A stretch of DNA of 36,672 nucleotides from a virus (Duplodnaviria > Caudoviricetes): IMG/VR virus record IMGVR_UViG_3300027323_000055, positions 1 through 36,672 of that record; one strand, given 5' to 3'. Made by a program: the position numbers and the translations under genes. A model generated the notes under the pieces. The model saw nothing but the letters and a program-made list of their open reading frames with translations. It was not told the DNA's origin and ran no database searches. Every line of letters starts with the position of its first letter. Position 1 is the first letter of the stretch. Shown piece by piece: positions 8,153-17,706 of the stretch.

Positions 8153-10543
8153 ATGGCTGACTATTACACCCTGCTCACCAACGCAGGGATTGCCTACGAA
8201 ACGGCGTGCAAGGCTGCGGGCCTGCCGATCAAGCTGACGCAGATTTCCGTCGGCGACGGCGGCGGCGCGGTCTACAACCCGGCCGCGACGGCTACCGCGC
8301 TGAAGCGCGAAGTCTGGCGCGGTCCGCTCAACGCGCTGTTCCAGGACGAGAAGAATCCGAGCTGGCTGCTCGCCGAAGTCACCATCCCCCCGGACGTCGG
8401 CGGCTGGTACGTGCGTGAAGCGGGGCTTTGGACCGACACCGGCATTCTCTACGCCATCGTCAAATATCCGGAGTCGTTCAAGCCGGTGTTGGCGACGTCG
8501 GGCTCGGGTAAAGAGTTCTACATTCGCTCGATTTTCGAGACCAGCAATGCGTCGTTGGTGACGTTGCTGATCGACGACACCGTGGTCAAAGCCACCCGCG
8601 CTTGGGTAATGAGTTACCTCGCCGAAGAACTCGGAAAACTCGATGGCAAGCAGTCGGTGCGTGTCGCCGCAAGCACCAATATCGTGTTGAACGGCGCGCA
8701 GCAAATTGACGGTGTCGCAGTGATTGCTGGCGACCGCGTGCTTGTTGCGAACCAGACGCTGGCCAAGGACAACGGCCTGTGGATTGTTGCCAACGGAGAC
8801 TGGGGGCGGGCGAGCGATGCCAATAGCAGCGCCAAGGTGACGCCGGGGCTGACGGTGATGGTGGAGGAGGGCACGGCGAACGGCGACTCGCTGTGGCACC
8901 TGACCACCAATGCGCCGATCACCCTTGGCACCACCGCGCTGACCTTCAAGATGCTCGCCGGGCGTACCGGGATTGCTGCCGGGACTTACAAGAGTCTGAC
9001 GGTTGATGAATATGGCCGGGCGACTGCGGGTGCCAATCCTGAAACGCTGGCCGGTTTTGGCATCAAGGATTCCTACACCAAGGCTGAAGTTGAAGCGCTG
9101 ATCGCCAAGGCATCGGCATTGCCCGTGGGTTCGATTGTGGCGTTTCCGGTTGAAGCCTCGCCGCCAGGTTTTCTGGAGCTGGATAACAGCGTCAAGAGCA
9201 GTGCGACGTATCCGGACTTGAGCGCTTATCTGGGCGGCAAGTTCAATAAGGGTGATGAAGGGGTTGGGAATTTCCGCTTGCCTGAGGCGCGTGGTGAGTT
9301 CCTGCGCGGTTGGGATCATGGGCGTGGGGTGGATGCTGGACGTGGTCTTGGTAGTTGGCAGGCGGACGACAACAAATCCCATATTCACGGGACGACCTAC
9401 GACGTTATCGCCGATATTTTCATGGCCGGCGACGTCAGGCGGAACTATCTCCAGCAGTACAACAATACGGACGATGTTGTAACAAAGGCATCGGGTGGGG
9501 CGGAGGCACGCCCACGCAACATCGCCGTCATGTGGTGCATCAAAGCCTGGAACGCTCCGGTCAATCAGGGAACCATCGATGTAGCGGCCTTGGCGAAGGA
9601 AGTCGAACGGCTCAAATCCGCCGTTCCGGTGGGCGCTGTTCTGGCATTCCCGACAGGCATCGTCGCTCCCGGTTATCTGGAACTGGATGGCAGTGTGCAG
9701 AGCATTGCGACTTATCCGGATCTAGCGGCTTTTCTTGGTACCACTTACAACAAGGGTAACGAGGGGGCGGGTAACTTCCGCTTGCCGGAGTCGCGCGGTG
9801 AGTTCCTGCGTGGCTGGGACCATGGGCGTGGTGTGGATGCTGGAAGGGGTGTCGGCACGACTCAAGCAGAGGCATTTGCTGCGCACAACCACCGCTATTT
9901 TGATGGCACTGCTGCGACCTTTGATCCCGCAGGTAATTGGCAGGCAGGCAATATTAATGGTGCGGCAGCGAGTATCTCAGTGGGTGCATTTCTTTCCACG
10001 GTAGATAGCGGTTCCACTATGCAGATGGTGAACGCCCAGAATACGGTGAACACTGGCGGAACTGAAACCCGCCCCCGCAACCTCGCCGTCATGTGGTGCA
10101 TCAAGGCCTGGAACGCAGCGGTCAATCAGGGAGGCATCGATATCGCGGCTCTGGCCGTTCTGTCGCAACAGGCCACTGAAACCAACCAAGGCACAGCGAA
10201 AGTCGCTACCCAGAATCAAACCAACGCAGGAACCGACGATACAGTCATTGTATCGCCAAAAAAACTGCGCCTCGGATTCGAGATCAGCCTCGCCACCAAT
10301 GGATACATCATTTTCCCCTCGTGGCTCGGTGGCTTGATGCTGCAATGGGGGTTGGCGAACATGCCGGGGACATCCGCAAACTTCACTTTCCCAATTGCCT
10401 TCCGTAACAACGTCTTTCAAATGATAGCTACTGATGGGGGTGGGGGGGCTCATCCTTTGGGTGTAAGTCCAGTAACGACCGGCTTCACCGCTTGGAGTAA
10501 CGTGGCGACGACGAACCTCCGCTATCTGGCCATAGGTAACTAA
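8153..10543 (+). CDS. Tail fibre of tailocin 1 (gpH-like N-terminus, two tail-collar repeats, C-terminal receptor-binding domain)
   Basis: YYTLLTNAG..VGDGGG..GGWYVREAGL N-terminus. Two PVG..AFP/FRLPE.RGEFLRGWDHGRGVDAGR/RPRN.AVMWCIKA units. Confidence 0.92.
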   Translation: MADYYTLLTNAGIAYETACKAAGLPIKLTQISVGDGGGAVYNPAATATALKREVWRGPLNALFQDEKNPSWLLAEVTIPPDVGGWYVREAGLWTDTGILYAIVKYPESFKPVLATSGSGKEFYIRSIFETSNASLVTLLIDDTVVKATRAWVMSYLAEELGKLDGKQSVRVAASTNIVLNGAQQIDGVAVIAGDRVLVANQTLAKDNGLWIVANGDWGRASDANSSAKVTPGLTVMVEEGTANGDSLWHLTTNAPITLGTTALTFKMLAGRTGIAAGTYKSLTVDEYGRATAGANPETLAGFGIKDSYTKAEVEALIAKASALPVGSIVAFPVEASPPGFLELDNSVKSSATYPDLSAYLGGKFNKGDEGVGNFRLPEARGEFLRGWDHGRGVDAGRGLGSWQADDNKSHIHGTTYDVIADIFMAGDVRRNYLQQYNNTDDVVTKASGGAEARPRNIAVMWCIKAWNAPVNQGTIDVAALAKEVERLKSAVPVGAVLAFPTGIVAPGYLELDGSVQSIATYPDLAAFLGTTYNKGNEGAGNFRLPESRGEFLRGWDHGRGVDAGRGVGTTQAEAFAAHNHRYFDGTAATFDPAGNWQAGNINGAAASISVGAFLSTVDSGSTMQMVNAQNTVNTGGTETRPRNLAVMWCIKAWNAAVNQGGIDIAALAVLSQQATETNQGTAKVATQNQTNAGTDDTVIVSPKKLRLGFEISLATNGYIIFPSWLGGLMLQWGLANMPGTSANFTFPIAFRNNVFQMIATDGGGGAHPLGVSPVTTGFTAWSNVATTNLRYLAIGN

Positions 10544-10544
10544 A

Positions 10545-10973
10545 ATGCGTTATTACATCAAATCAACAGACTGCACTTATTTGGACCGTGTGCATTCGGT
10601 GATGCCGGATGACGTAATTCAAATCAGTGATGCCCTCTATCAGGAAGTCTTTGCCAATCCCGAGTTCGGAAAAGTCCGAAGTCAGGATGAAAACGGACTG
10701 CCGATCTTGATTGATCCGCCGGAATTGACTTCAAAGGAGAGAGCAAAGCAGGAACGCAGTTGGCGAGACAAACAGATCAATAGTGTTCTTTGGTTGCGCG
10801 AACGTCATCGCGACCAACTCGATCTGAACCAGACAGCATCGCTGACAACTGAGCAGTTTAGTGAACTGTTGATCTACATTCGCAACTTGCGCGACTGGCC
10901 CCAATCGGCAGCTTTTCCATCGCCAGAATCGCGTCCGGTCGTGCCCTCCTGGATCGCTGCACAGCCTCAGTAA
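10545..10973 (+). CDS. Tail fibre assembly chaperone (tailocin 1)
   Basis: Follows the fibre. ERSWRD..LTTEQFSEL..LRDWPQS..FP motif, homologous to 33696-34142. Confidence 0.85.
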   Translation: MRYYIKSTDCTYLDRVHSVMPDDVIQISDALYQEVFANPEFGKVRSQDENGLPILIDPPELTSKERAKQERSWRDKQINSVLWLRERHRDQLDLNQTASLTTEQFSELLIYIRNLRDWPQSAAFPSPESRPVVPSWIAAQPQ

Positions 10974-11055
10974 ACGCCCCGCACCCCGGGGCGTTTTCTT
11001 TCCCGGCAAAAAACATGTCAACACCCGCCAAAGCCCCTCCCCACGAGGGGCTTTC
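10972..11055 (+). terminator. Two tandem hairpins (first is terminator-like) between fibre chaperone and sheath module
   Basis: AAACGCCCCG/CGGGGCGTTT followed by TCTTT (10972-11001). AAAGCCCCTC/GAGGGGCTTT (11030-11054). Confidence 0.7.
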
Positions 11056-11076
11056 CCGTTTATGGAGAAACGAAAA

Positions 11077-11262
11077 ATGGCAACCCGCCAAACCTACACC
11101 GTGCTCGTTCCATTCCCCACCGGCGGTGGGCACTGGTCGAGCGTCGGTCAAGACCTGGATCTGCTCGACGTCGAGGCCAGTGCGCTGCACAGCGCCGGTC
11201 GACTGGAACTGAAAACACCTACCACCCAGGCCAAAAAGGCCGCTGCCAAGAAGGCTGACTAA
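11077..11262 (+). CDS. Small hypothetical protein upstream of sheath 1
   Basis: GGAG RBS at 11064, 61 aa, stop 2 bp before sheath start, K/A-rich tail. Confidence 0.7.
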   Translation: MATRQTYTVLVPFPTGGGHWSSVGQDLDLLDVEASALHSAGRLELKTPTTQAKKAAAKKAD

Positions 11263-11264
11263 CC

Positions 11265-12431
11265 ATGGCTGAGGTTTTGAACTTCGAGCACAACGGCATT
11301 ACCGTCAATGCCACCGAATCCCCCGAGGCCATGGGTGGCCTGGGTGACAACGTCATCGGTCTGGTCGGCACCGCGCCGAAAGCCGATCCGCTGATCCCGC
11401 GTAACGCCCCGTTCCGCATCAACAGCTTCACCACTCACGCGTTGCTCGATCCGACCGGTGCCGAAGAGGGCACGCTGTACCACGCGGTTTACCAGATTCT
11501 CAAAGTGGTCAAGGTGCCGGTGTACGTGGTGATCGTCGAGGCGGGCGCGACCCCGGCCGACACCGTCAACGCAGTGATCGGCGGTGTCGATCCAACCACC
11601 GGCCGCAAGCTCGGTCTGGCCGCACTGGGCAGTGTCCCGGAAGACCTGACCATCATCGGCGCGCCGGGCTTCACCGGCACCAAAGCGGTAGCCAGCGAGT
11701 TCGCCTCGTTCGGCAAGCGCATCAAGGCCCGTGTGGTGCTGGATGGCAAGGACGCGTCGGTCGCTGATCAAGTGACTTACAGCCAGGAACTGGGCGGCGC
11801 CGATCTCGGTTTCGACCGTTGCCTGGTGGTGCACAACATGCCGGCCGTGTACTCGAAAGCGGCGAAGAAAAATGTGTTCCTAGCACCGTCCAGCCTGGCG
11901 ATTGCCGCGCTGGCCAAGGTCAAGCAGTGGGAAAGCCCGGGCAACCAGGTGACCTACGCCGAAGACGTGTCCCGCGTCGTTGAATACAACATCCTCGACA
12001 CCTCCACCGAAGGCGATCTGCTCAACCGTTACGGCGTCAGCTACTACGCCCGCACCGTGCTCGGCGGCTTCTCGCTGCTGGGTAACCGCTCGATCACCGG
12101 CAAGTTCATCAGCTACGTCGGCCTCGAAGACGCGATCAGCCGCAAGCTGGTCAAGGCCGGCCAGAAAGCCATGGCCAAGAACCTGACCAAGTCGTTCATG
12201 GATCAGGAGGTCAAGCGCATCAACGACTGGCTGCAGACCCTGGTCGCCGACGAAACCATTCCTGGCGGCAGCGTGTACCTGCACCCGGAACTCAACAGCG
12301 TCGAGAAGTACAAGAACGGCACCTGGTACGTGGTCATCGACTACGGCCGCTACGCGCCGAACGAACACATGGTTTATCAACTCAACGCCCGCGATGAAAT
12401 CATCGAGCAGTTCCTGGAGGACGTTCTCTAA
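11265..12431 (+). CDS. Contractile tail sheath, P2 gpFI-like
   Basis: 388 aa, HNGITV..VIGLVGTAP, IIGAPGF, WESPGN, GFSLLGNR motifs. Confidence 0.93.
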   Translation: MAEVLNFEHNGITVNATESPEAMGGLGDNVIGLVGTAPKADPLIPRNAPFRINSFTTHALLDPTGAEEGTLYHAVYQILKVVKVPVYVVIVEAGATPADTVNAVIGGVDPTTGRKLGLAALGSVPEDLTIIGAPGFTGTKAVASEFASFGKRIKARVVLDGKDASVADQVTYSQELGGADLGFDRCLVVHNMPAVYSKAAKKNVFLAPSSLAIAALAKVKQWESPGNQVTYAEDVSRVVEYNILDTSTEGDLLNRYGVSYYARTVLGGFSLLGNRSITGKFISYVGLEDAISRKLVKAGQKAMAKNLTKSFMDQEVKRINDWLQTLVADETIPGGSVYLHPELNSVEKYKNGTWYVVIDYGRYAPNEHMVYQLNARDEIIEQFLEDVL

Positions 12432-12937
12432 TGTTTACCAACCGCGTAAGACAGGCCATCGCGGCCACCCTGCAAGGCCTGCCGTTGTCGGCGACCGTTG
12501 AGGAATTCACGCCACCGAAGATCGAATTCGACGTGGAAGAAATGCGTGGCGGCCGTTTCATCGTCGAAGAAATGGCCAAGGGTGGCAAAGCGCTCAACGC
12601 CAAGCTGACCCTGCAGGGCCTGGGTGCCGAAGTCATGCTCGCACTGGGCGTGAAGCTGGGCGACGACATACTGCTGAACGTGCGTGAAGCCGGTCAGGAT
12701 CAGGACGGCAACACTTGGTTCACCTATCACACGGTCGGCGGCAAGCTGAAATCTCTTGAAGAAACCGCCGTGAAAATGGGCGAAAAACCCAAGACCAACC
12801 TGGAGCTGTCCTGCCGCACCTACAACCGCCTGGAAAACGGCGTACCGGTGATCGACATCGACGTGCGCACCCAGAAATTCGTGCTCAACGGCGTTGACAT
12901 CCTCGGTGATGCGCGTCGTGCGGTGCTGATGCCGTAA
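12431..12937 (+). CDS. Tail tube, P2 gpFII-like
   Basis: 168 aa, EEFTPPKI..EEMRGG, C-terminal NGVDILGDAR. Coupled to the sheath gene. Confidence 0.92.
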   Translation: MFTNRVRQAIAATLQGLPLSATVEEFTPPKIEFDVEEMRGGRFIVEEMAKGGKALNAKLTLQGLGAEVMLALGVKLGDDILLNVREAGQDQDGNTWFTYHTVGGKLKSLEETAVKMGEKPKTNLELSCRTYNRLENGVPVIDIDVRTQKFVLNGVDILGDARRAVLMP

Positions 12938-12964
12938 CCCCGGCTTACAGGCAATCATAAAACC

Positions 12965-13056
12965 CTGTGGGAGCGAGCTTGCTCGCGAAGGCGCCAGGTC
13001 AGTGGCCATCAATGCTGAATGTCTGGCCGCTTTCGCGAGCAAGCTCGCTCCCACAG
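12965..13056. repeat. REPIN (inverted REP doublet) 1
   Basis: CTGTGGGAGCGAGCTTGCTCGCGAA ... TTCGCGAGCAAGCTCGCTCCCACAG, a perfect inverted pair of Pseudomonas-type REPs. Confidence 0.92.
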
Positions 13057-13088
13057 TGGATCTAAAAGAATCACCAAGGAATTCATAC

Positions 13089-13670
13089 ATGTCGTGGATG
13101 CCACCCCAGCATGACCTGCTGTCGCCGATCACCGGCGACGACGGCGCGCAGATCGAGCAGATCCAGCTCAAGCCACTGTTCTACGCCGCGCAGAAAGAAG
13201 CGCTGGAGCGCGCCGGTGATGATGAAGACGATCAGTTCTTCGAACTGGCGCTGCTCGCCACCGGCCTGTCGGTCAAGGAACTCGACCAGCTCAAACGCCC
13301 GGACTATGTGAGCATCGCCCAGTACGTGCACGAGATGTCGACCCGTCCGGCGTCGTACTTTCTTGAGCAGGTCGAGGACGCGGAAAAGTCCGACGATCCT
13401 GACGAAGTGCAGCTGCTGCAACCGCTCGCCGTGACCGGCCGTACCGTGACCTCGCTGTCGCTGGAAATGCCGGCACTGCGCGCGACCAAAGTGATGAAGA
13501 AACTGAAAACGGCCAAGGAACGCGCCGAGTTCATCACTGCCCACTGCACCGGTCTGATGATCCCCGATCTGGCCCACATGAGCGTCCCGGACTGGACCCA
13601 ATTGCAGGTGCGCATCGACGATTTTTTAAACCAGCCGGCGGCCTACTTTCGGAACGCGACATCGAAGTAA
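13089..13670 (+). CDS. Tail assembly chaperone, gpE-like (two-domain)
   Basis: AAGGA RBS, lies between tube and tape measure. The ORF-track start at 13002 runs through the REPIN and is unlikely. Confidence 0.85.
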   Translation: MSWMPPQHDLLSPITGDDGAQIEQIQLKPLFYAAQKEALERAGDDEDDQFFELALLATGLSVKELDQLKRPDYVSIAQYVHEMSTRPASYFLEQVEDAEKSDDPDEVQLLQPLAVTGRTVTSLSLEMPALRATKVMKKLKTAKERAEFITAHCTGLMIPDLAHMSVPDWTQLQVRIDDFLNQPAAYFRNATSK

Positions 13671-13792
13671 TCCTCGATATCGTCCCGCTCATTTACCCGG
13701 TAAGTGAGGCGGAGATTCTGGAATGGGACGCCGAAAAGGCGTTGCGCCGCTACGACATAGCGATCACTCGCCTTGGCGTGAAACAGGAGTAG
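13622..13792 (+). CDS. -1 frameshift extension of the chaperone (gpE+E'-like)
   Basis: Slippery T_TTT_TTA at 13622-13628 in the correct phase. The -1 frame reads KPAGGLLSERDIEVILDIVPLIYPVSEAEILEWDAEKALRRYDIAITRLGVKQE* to TAG 13790-13792. Confidence 0.8.
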   Translation, partial: FFKPAGGLLSERDIEVILDIVPLIYPVSEAEILEWDAEKALRRYDIAITRLGVKQE

Positions 13793-13798
13793 AGCGGC

Positions 13799-16051
13799 AT
13801 GGCAGAGAACAAATACGCGCTCGCATACGCCGGTGAGAGCGGCACCCCATCTGGCGGAATTACCCTGCCCAATAACCTCGGCAAACCGCTGCAGGATCTG
13901 AACCTGACACTGTTGCTGGCAAGCGTGGATATTCGCTTGCTGACTCAGGAGCAGATCAAGCTGCGCGAGCTGCTGGTCAGCCAGCAATCGTTGTTCAAGG
14001 TCGTCGCGGCGCCGCCAGCCGCCAACAGTGAGCCGAAGTCAAAACTCAAGGCGGAAATCGAGCAGCGTCCGCCACCGAAAAAGCTGCAATCGGCGATGGC
14101 TAACGAGACCGCGCTGGTTGAGCTCAATCGGTTGATTGGGCTCAACAAAGACCAGCTTCAAGCGCATTCAGAGCAGACCCTCGAACTCGCGACTCAGCGT
14201 ACTGTTGCAGCCAGTGGCGCGACGGGTGCGGATCTGTTGCAAATCCAGCAGGTCGGGGCGCGAGCTGGTATTGCCGACGGCGCCAAGGGTGATCAGCGAG
14301 CGACAGAGCTGAGAGCGTACTCCGGCGACGCGGCGATCAATGCCACGGCCTTCCGGCTTGACGTCAAGGCCGCGGGGGAAATGCTTGCGGTCTGGCGTTC
14401 CTCCTTGAAGCTGGATCGATACCAAGGTCAGGATCTGGCCGATGCGGTCAGTTATCTGGGCAGCAGCGGTCTGGACGCCAAACCTGCCGATATCGGCGCG
14501 GTCGTTCAACGCTCTGGCGAGAGCGCTGTTGCATCGGGAATGACACCGGAACAGGTTGCAGCATTTGCCACTGCGCTGTTGAACAGCGGGGCCGATAAGG
14601 ACGCTGCGAGTACGGCGTTGAAGAGCTTTACCTCGGTCTTCGGCAAGGAAAATGCTGCGTCAACCGAACAGCGTTCGGCGATGACCCGGTTGCACCTGGA
14701 CCCCGATTCATTGCGTGAGAAGATGCGCACGGATGCGCCGGGTGCGATTGATTCGGTACTCGCAGCACTTGGCAAACAATCCGTACCCGAACGTGCAGCC
14801 ACGGCGAAGACGCTGTTTGGCGAGAGCAGTACCAGCATTCTTGAGTTGCTGAAGAAGCCCGACGACGTCAAGACCGCCTTCACTCGGGTGTCCGACAAGC
14901 ACCACTACGCAACGTCGGAACTGGGTTCCGGCGCCGGTGCCGCGACGAAAACGGCCGAAGCCTTTGGCGATACGTCACAAGGGCGCTGGAATGCGCTGGA
15001 TGCGAGTCTTAATCGTTTGTCGACAGCGGTGGGAAATGCACTCGCGCCCATGACTGACGCGCTGGCAGTGTCGCTAACGGCTGTGGTCAATGGCTTGAGT
15101 TCAGCTGCTGAAGCACTGCCGTTCCTGGCGGCTGGCCTCACGCTGGCCGGTGTGGCCGCCATGCCGTTCGTCGGTGGTGTCCTGAAGACCGGGGTCGCCT
15201 CGGTGCTGGATGCGGTCAACTCGAAACTGTTGCGTCTGGCGACGGCGCGATTGCCCGCTGATATTGCCGATGTGATCAATGGCGGTGACGACGGCGGCGG
15301 CGAGGGGCCTAAAAGAAAGCGCCCCGGTCGACGCGCATCTTCCAGCGCGCGGTCTCGTGTTCCTTCCTCTGGCGCCGGTCGAGGCGGACGTTTGAGCACG
15401 ATGACGGCCAAAATCGCCCCGATGTTTGACGATGCGATAACCCGCGTGAAAATGGTCGGCGAGATGGCCAAAAGCATGCGCCCGAGTTGGCTCAGCGGCG
15501 CGACTGCCAAGCTCATGCCGCTGGTCGATGGCGCCAAATCCAAGCTTCTACCGCCGCTGGTCAAATCATTGCCCGCCTTCAAGATGGGCGCTCCGCTGGC
15601 GATTGGTCATGCCGCTTACGCAGGTTTGAAGGGCTGGCGTGACGGCGATGATCAAGCTGTCAAAGGTGCTGCCGGCGAGTTGGCTGGAACGGCGATTGGT
15701 GCCACGATCGGCTCGTTCATTGCACCTGGTATTGGCACATTCATCGGCGGCACTCTGGGCGGAATGCTCGGCTCCTATGTGGGGGAACAATGGGGGAAAC
15801 CTGCCGATGACAAACTCGCGCCCCCCGCGCAAGTGGTCAAGGATCTGACCAGCGCTCAGACGCAACTGTCCAATTACACCTACTCGCCGTTAGTGCAGAT
15901 CAGCGGCGGTGATGTGCTCAATGCCGAAAAAATCGGCGATGTGGTTTCGCAGGTTATGCGCAACCATTTCGATACCGCATTCACACCCGCAGTAGGCACC
16001 AACGCTCTCGCCACCCGCCGTGACGCAGCCCTGACCGATGGAGTCGCCTGA
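13799..16051 (+). CDS. Tape measure protein (tailocin 1)
   Basis: 750 aa, Ala/Gly/Leu-rich, hydrophobic segments, follows the assembly chaperone. Confidence 0.9.
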   Translation: MAENKYALAYAGESGTPSGGITLPNNLGKPLQDLNLTLLLASVDIRLLTQEQIKLRELLVSQQSLFKVVAAPPAANSEPKSKLKAEIEQRPPPKKLQSAMANETALVELNRLIGLNKDQLQAHSEQTLELATQRTVAASGATGADLLQIQQVGARAGIADGAKGDQRATELRAYSGDAAINATAFRLDVKAAGEMLAVWRSSLKLDRYQGQDLADAVSYLGSSGLDAKPADIGAVVQRSGESAVASGMTPEQVAAFATALLNSGADKDAASTALKSFTSVFGKENAASTEQRSAMTRLHLDPDSLREKMRTDAPGAIDSVLAALGKQSVPERAATAKTLFGESSTSILELLKKPDDVKTAFTRVSDKHHYATSELGSGAGAATKTAEAFGDTSQGRWNALDASLNRLSTAVGNALAPMTDALAVSLTAVVNGLSSAAEALPFLAAGLTLAGVAAMPFVGGVLKTGVASVLDAVNSKLLRLATARLPADIADVINGGDDGGGEGPKRKRPGRRASSSARSRVPSSGAGRGGRLSTMTAKIAPMFDDAITRVKMVGEMAKSMRPSWLSGATAKLMPLVDGAKSKLLPPLVKSLPAFKMGAPLAIGHAAYAGLKGWRDGDDQAVKGAAGELAGTAIGATIGSFIAPGIGTFIGGTLGGMLGSYVGEQWGKPADDKLAPPAQVVKDLTSAQTQLSNYTYSPLVQISGGDVLNAEKIGDVVSQVMRNHFDTAFTPAVGTNALATRRDAALTDGVA

Positions 16052-16434
16052 TGAAACAACAAATGGCGCTGGGCAGTTTCATCTTCGGCCTGTCGCGCGA
16101 CTTCGCCTACAGCTCGCTGGCGCGCAAGTCCGATGGAGGCTGGAGCGAAATCCAGATTCTCACCAGCAAACCCAAGTCCAGCCAGACCGGGCAAAGACCG
16201 GAAACCCTGACTATCACCGGCAAGTCGATGTATGCCGTGGCCATGGATCGGCTCGACGAATTGCGCGCGTTGCAGGCCCAGCGTATCCCGCTGCCGTTGA
16301 TTGACGGCATCGGTCGCAATTGGGGCCTGTGGCGAATCAACAATATTCAGGAAACCCAGAGCCAGATCATCGATGACGGCACGGCAATGGTCGTTGACTG
16401 GGTCATTGAGCTAGCGGAGTTCAACAATGCGTAA
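16051..16434 (+). CDS. Tail protein, P2 gpU-like
   Basis: MALGSFIFGL, LIDGIGRNWGLWRI motifs. Confidence 0.9.
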   Translation: MKQQMALGSFIFGLSRDFAYSSLARKSDGGWSEIQILTSKPKSSQTGQRPETLTITGKSMYAVAMDRLDELRALQAQRIPLPLIDGIGRNWGLWRINNIQETQSQIIDDGTAMVVDWVIELAEFNNA

Positions 16435-16639
16435 AGTCCGAAGCGTGGCCGGTGATTCGCTGAATCTGCTGCTCTACCGCGAAACCGGGCGCAGTGATGA
16501 CAACGCCGAAGAGGCCCTGTGGACACTCAACCCGACCCTGGCCGAATACGGCCCGATCCTGCCGGCGGGTGTTTGGGTCACGTTGCCGGAACTCGACTCG
16601 AAACCGGCCACGATCAAACCGGTTACGGCCTGGGATTAA
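16427..16639 (+). CDS. Tail protein X (gpX-like)
   Basis: GDSL..L, LNPTLAEYGPILPAGVWVTLP, ends in WD. Confidence 0.9.
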   Translation: MRKVRSVAGDSLNLLLYRETGRSDDNAEEALWTLNPTLAEYGPILPAGVWVTLPELDSKPATIKPVTAWD

Positions 16640-16648
16640 GGAGGTTGC

Positions 16649-17677
16649 ATGGCACTGGGTTTCACCCCGGCGGTAAGACTTTACGGGGCCCATTCGGCCC
16701 TGCTTAATCAACGCCTGATCAGTTGGGAACACATCGACGCTGCCGGTTTCGAGTCCGATCAACTGACGTTGACCATCGATCTTGAAGGCCTCGAAGGGCT
16801 GCCGGATCTGGGCGGGAAAATCGGCCTGGAGGTCGGTTATCTGGAGTCGGGGCTGGTCGACAAGGGCCAGTTCAAAGTGACACGTCTGACGCCGACGCTG
16901 TTCCCGTTTCGCCTGACGCTGGTGGCCACGGCGGCGCCGTTCAGCAAGGAGGATGAAACGGGCTTCAAGCAACGTCGCACGGCCAGTCATGGCCCGACCA
17001 CTTTGGGTGCGCTGTTTCGCAAACTGGTGTCGAGCCATGGCTTTTCACCGCGCGTCGCGCCCGAGGTGGCGATGATCAGGATCGAGCACGTCGACCAGTC
17101 CAACGAAACCGACATGAGCTTTCTGACGCGCCTGGCAAAAAAGTACAACGCGGTGACCAAACCCTACAACGACGTGTACGTGCTGGCCCGTCCCGGCCAG
17201 ACCAAGTCGTTGTCGGGCCAGGTGCTGGCGGACGTGACTTTGTCGGTGACCAGCAACAACCGTCCGGGCGATCACGCGTTCGTCAGCGCCACGTTGGAGG
17301 AGTCTGCCCGCGAGCAGACCAAGGGCTGCAAGACCTGTTTCTGGGATGGCGCCGCAGGTGTGTTGCGCTGGGTTGAAACGGGGCTTGCGCCGTTCAAGAC
17401 CCTGCGCCAGAAACAACCCACTGAAGCCGATGCGATCGCCGTCGGCGAGGGCGAAGTGCGCAAGATGCTCCGGCAGAAGTACAAGGTGAAGATCACCTGT
17501 CCCGGCAATCCACTGCTGGCGGCCGAAGGTCTGGTGCTGCTCGATGACACCTGGCCAGACTTCATGCGCGGGCGCTGGTCGATTGAAAAAGTCACCGCCA
17601 GTGGCAATCGCGAGAACAGCTATCGCTGCGTGATCGATGCCAGCGGCCTTGATCCCAAGGCCGCAGCCAAGGACTGA
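16649..17677 (+). CDS. Baseplate hub, P2 gpD-like
   Basis: DAAGFESDQLTL, VDKGQF, DQSNETDMSFLTRLA motifs. Confidence 0.9.
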   Translation: MALGFTPAVRLYGAHSALLNQRLISWEHIDAAGFESDQLTLTIDLEGLEGLPDLGGKIGLEVGYLESGLVDKGQFKVTRLTPTLFPFRLTLVATAAPFSKEDETGFKQRRTASHGPTTLGALFRKLVSSHGFSPRVAPEVAMIRIEHVDQSNETDMSFLTRLAKKYNAVTKPYNDVYVLARPGQTKSLSGQVLADVTLSVTSNNRPGDHAFVSATLEESAREQTKGCKTCFWDGAAGVLRWVETGLAPFKTLRQKQPTEADAIAVGEGEVRKMLRQKYKVKITCPGNPLLAAEGLVLLDDTWPDFMRGRWSIEKVTASGNRENSYRCVIDASGLDPKAAAKD

Positions 17678-17706
17678 TTCCCCGCTTTGTCACTGCGATG
17701 AAGATC

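Noticed and set aside
7397-9388. 663-aa minus-strand ORF (similarly 18331-20178 and other long antisense ORFs)
   Set aside because: Fully overlap well-supported tail genes on the plus strand; typical antisense shadows.
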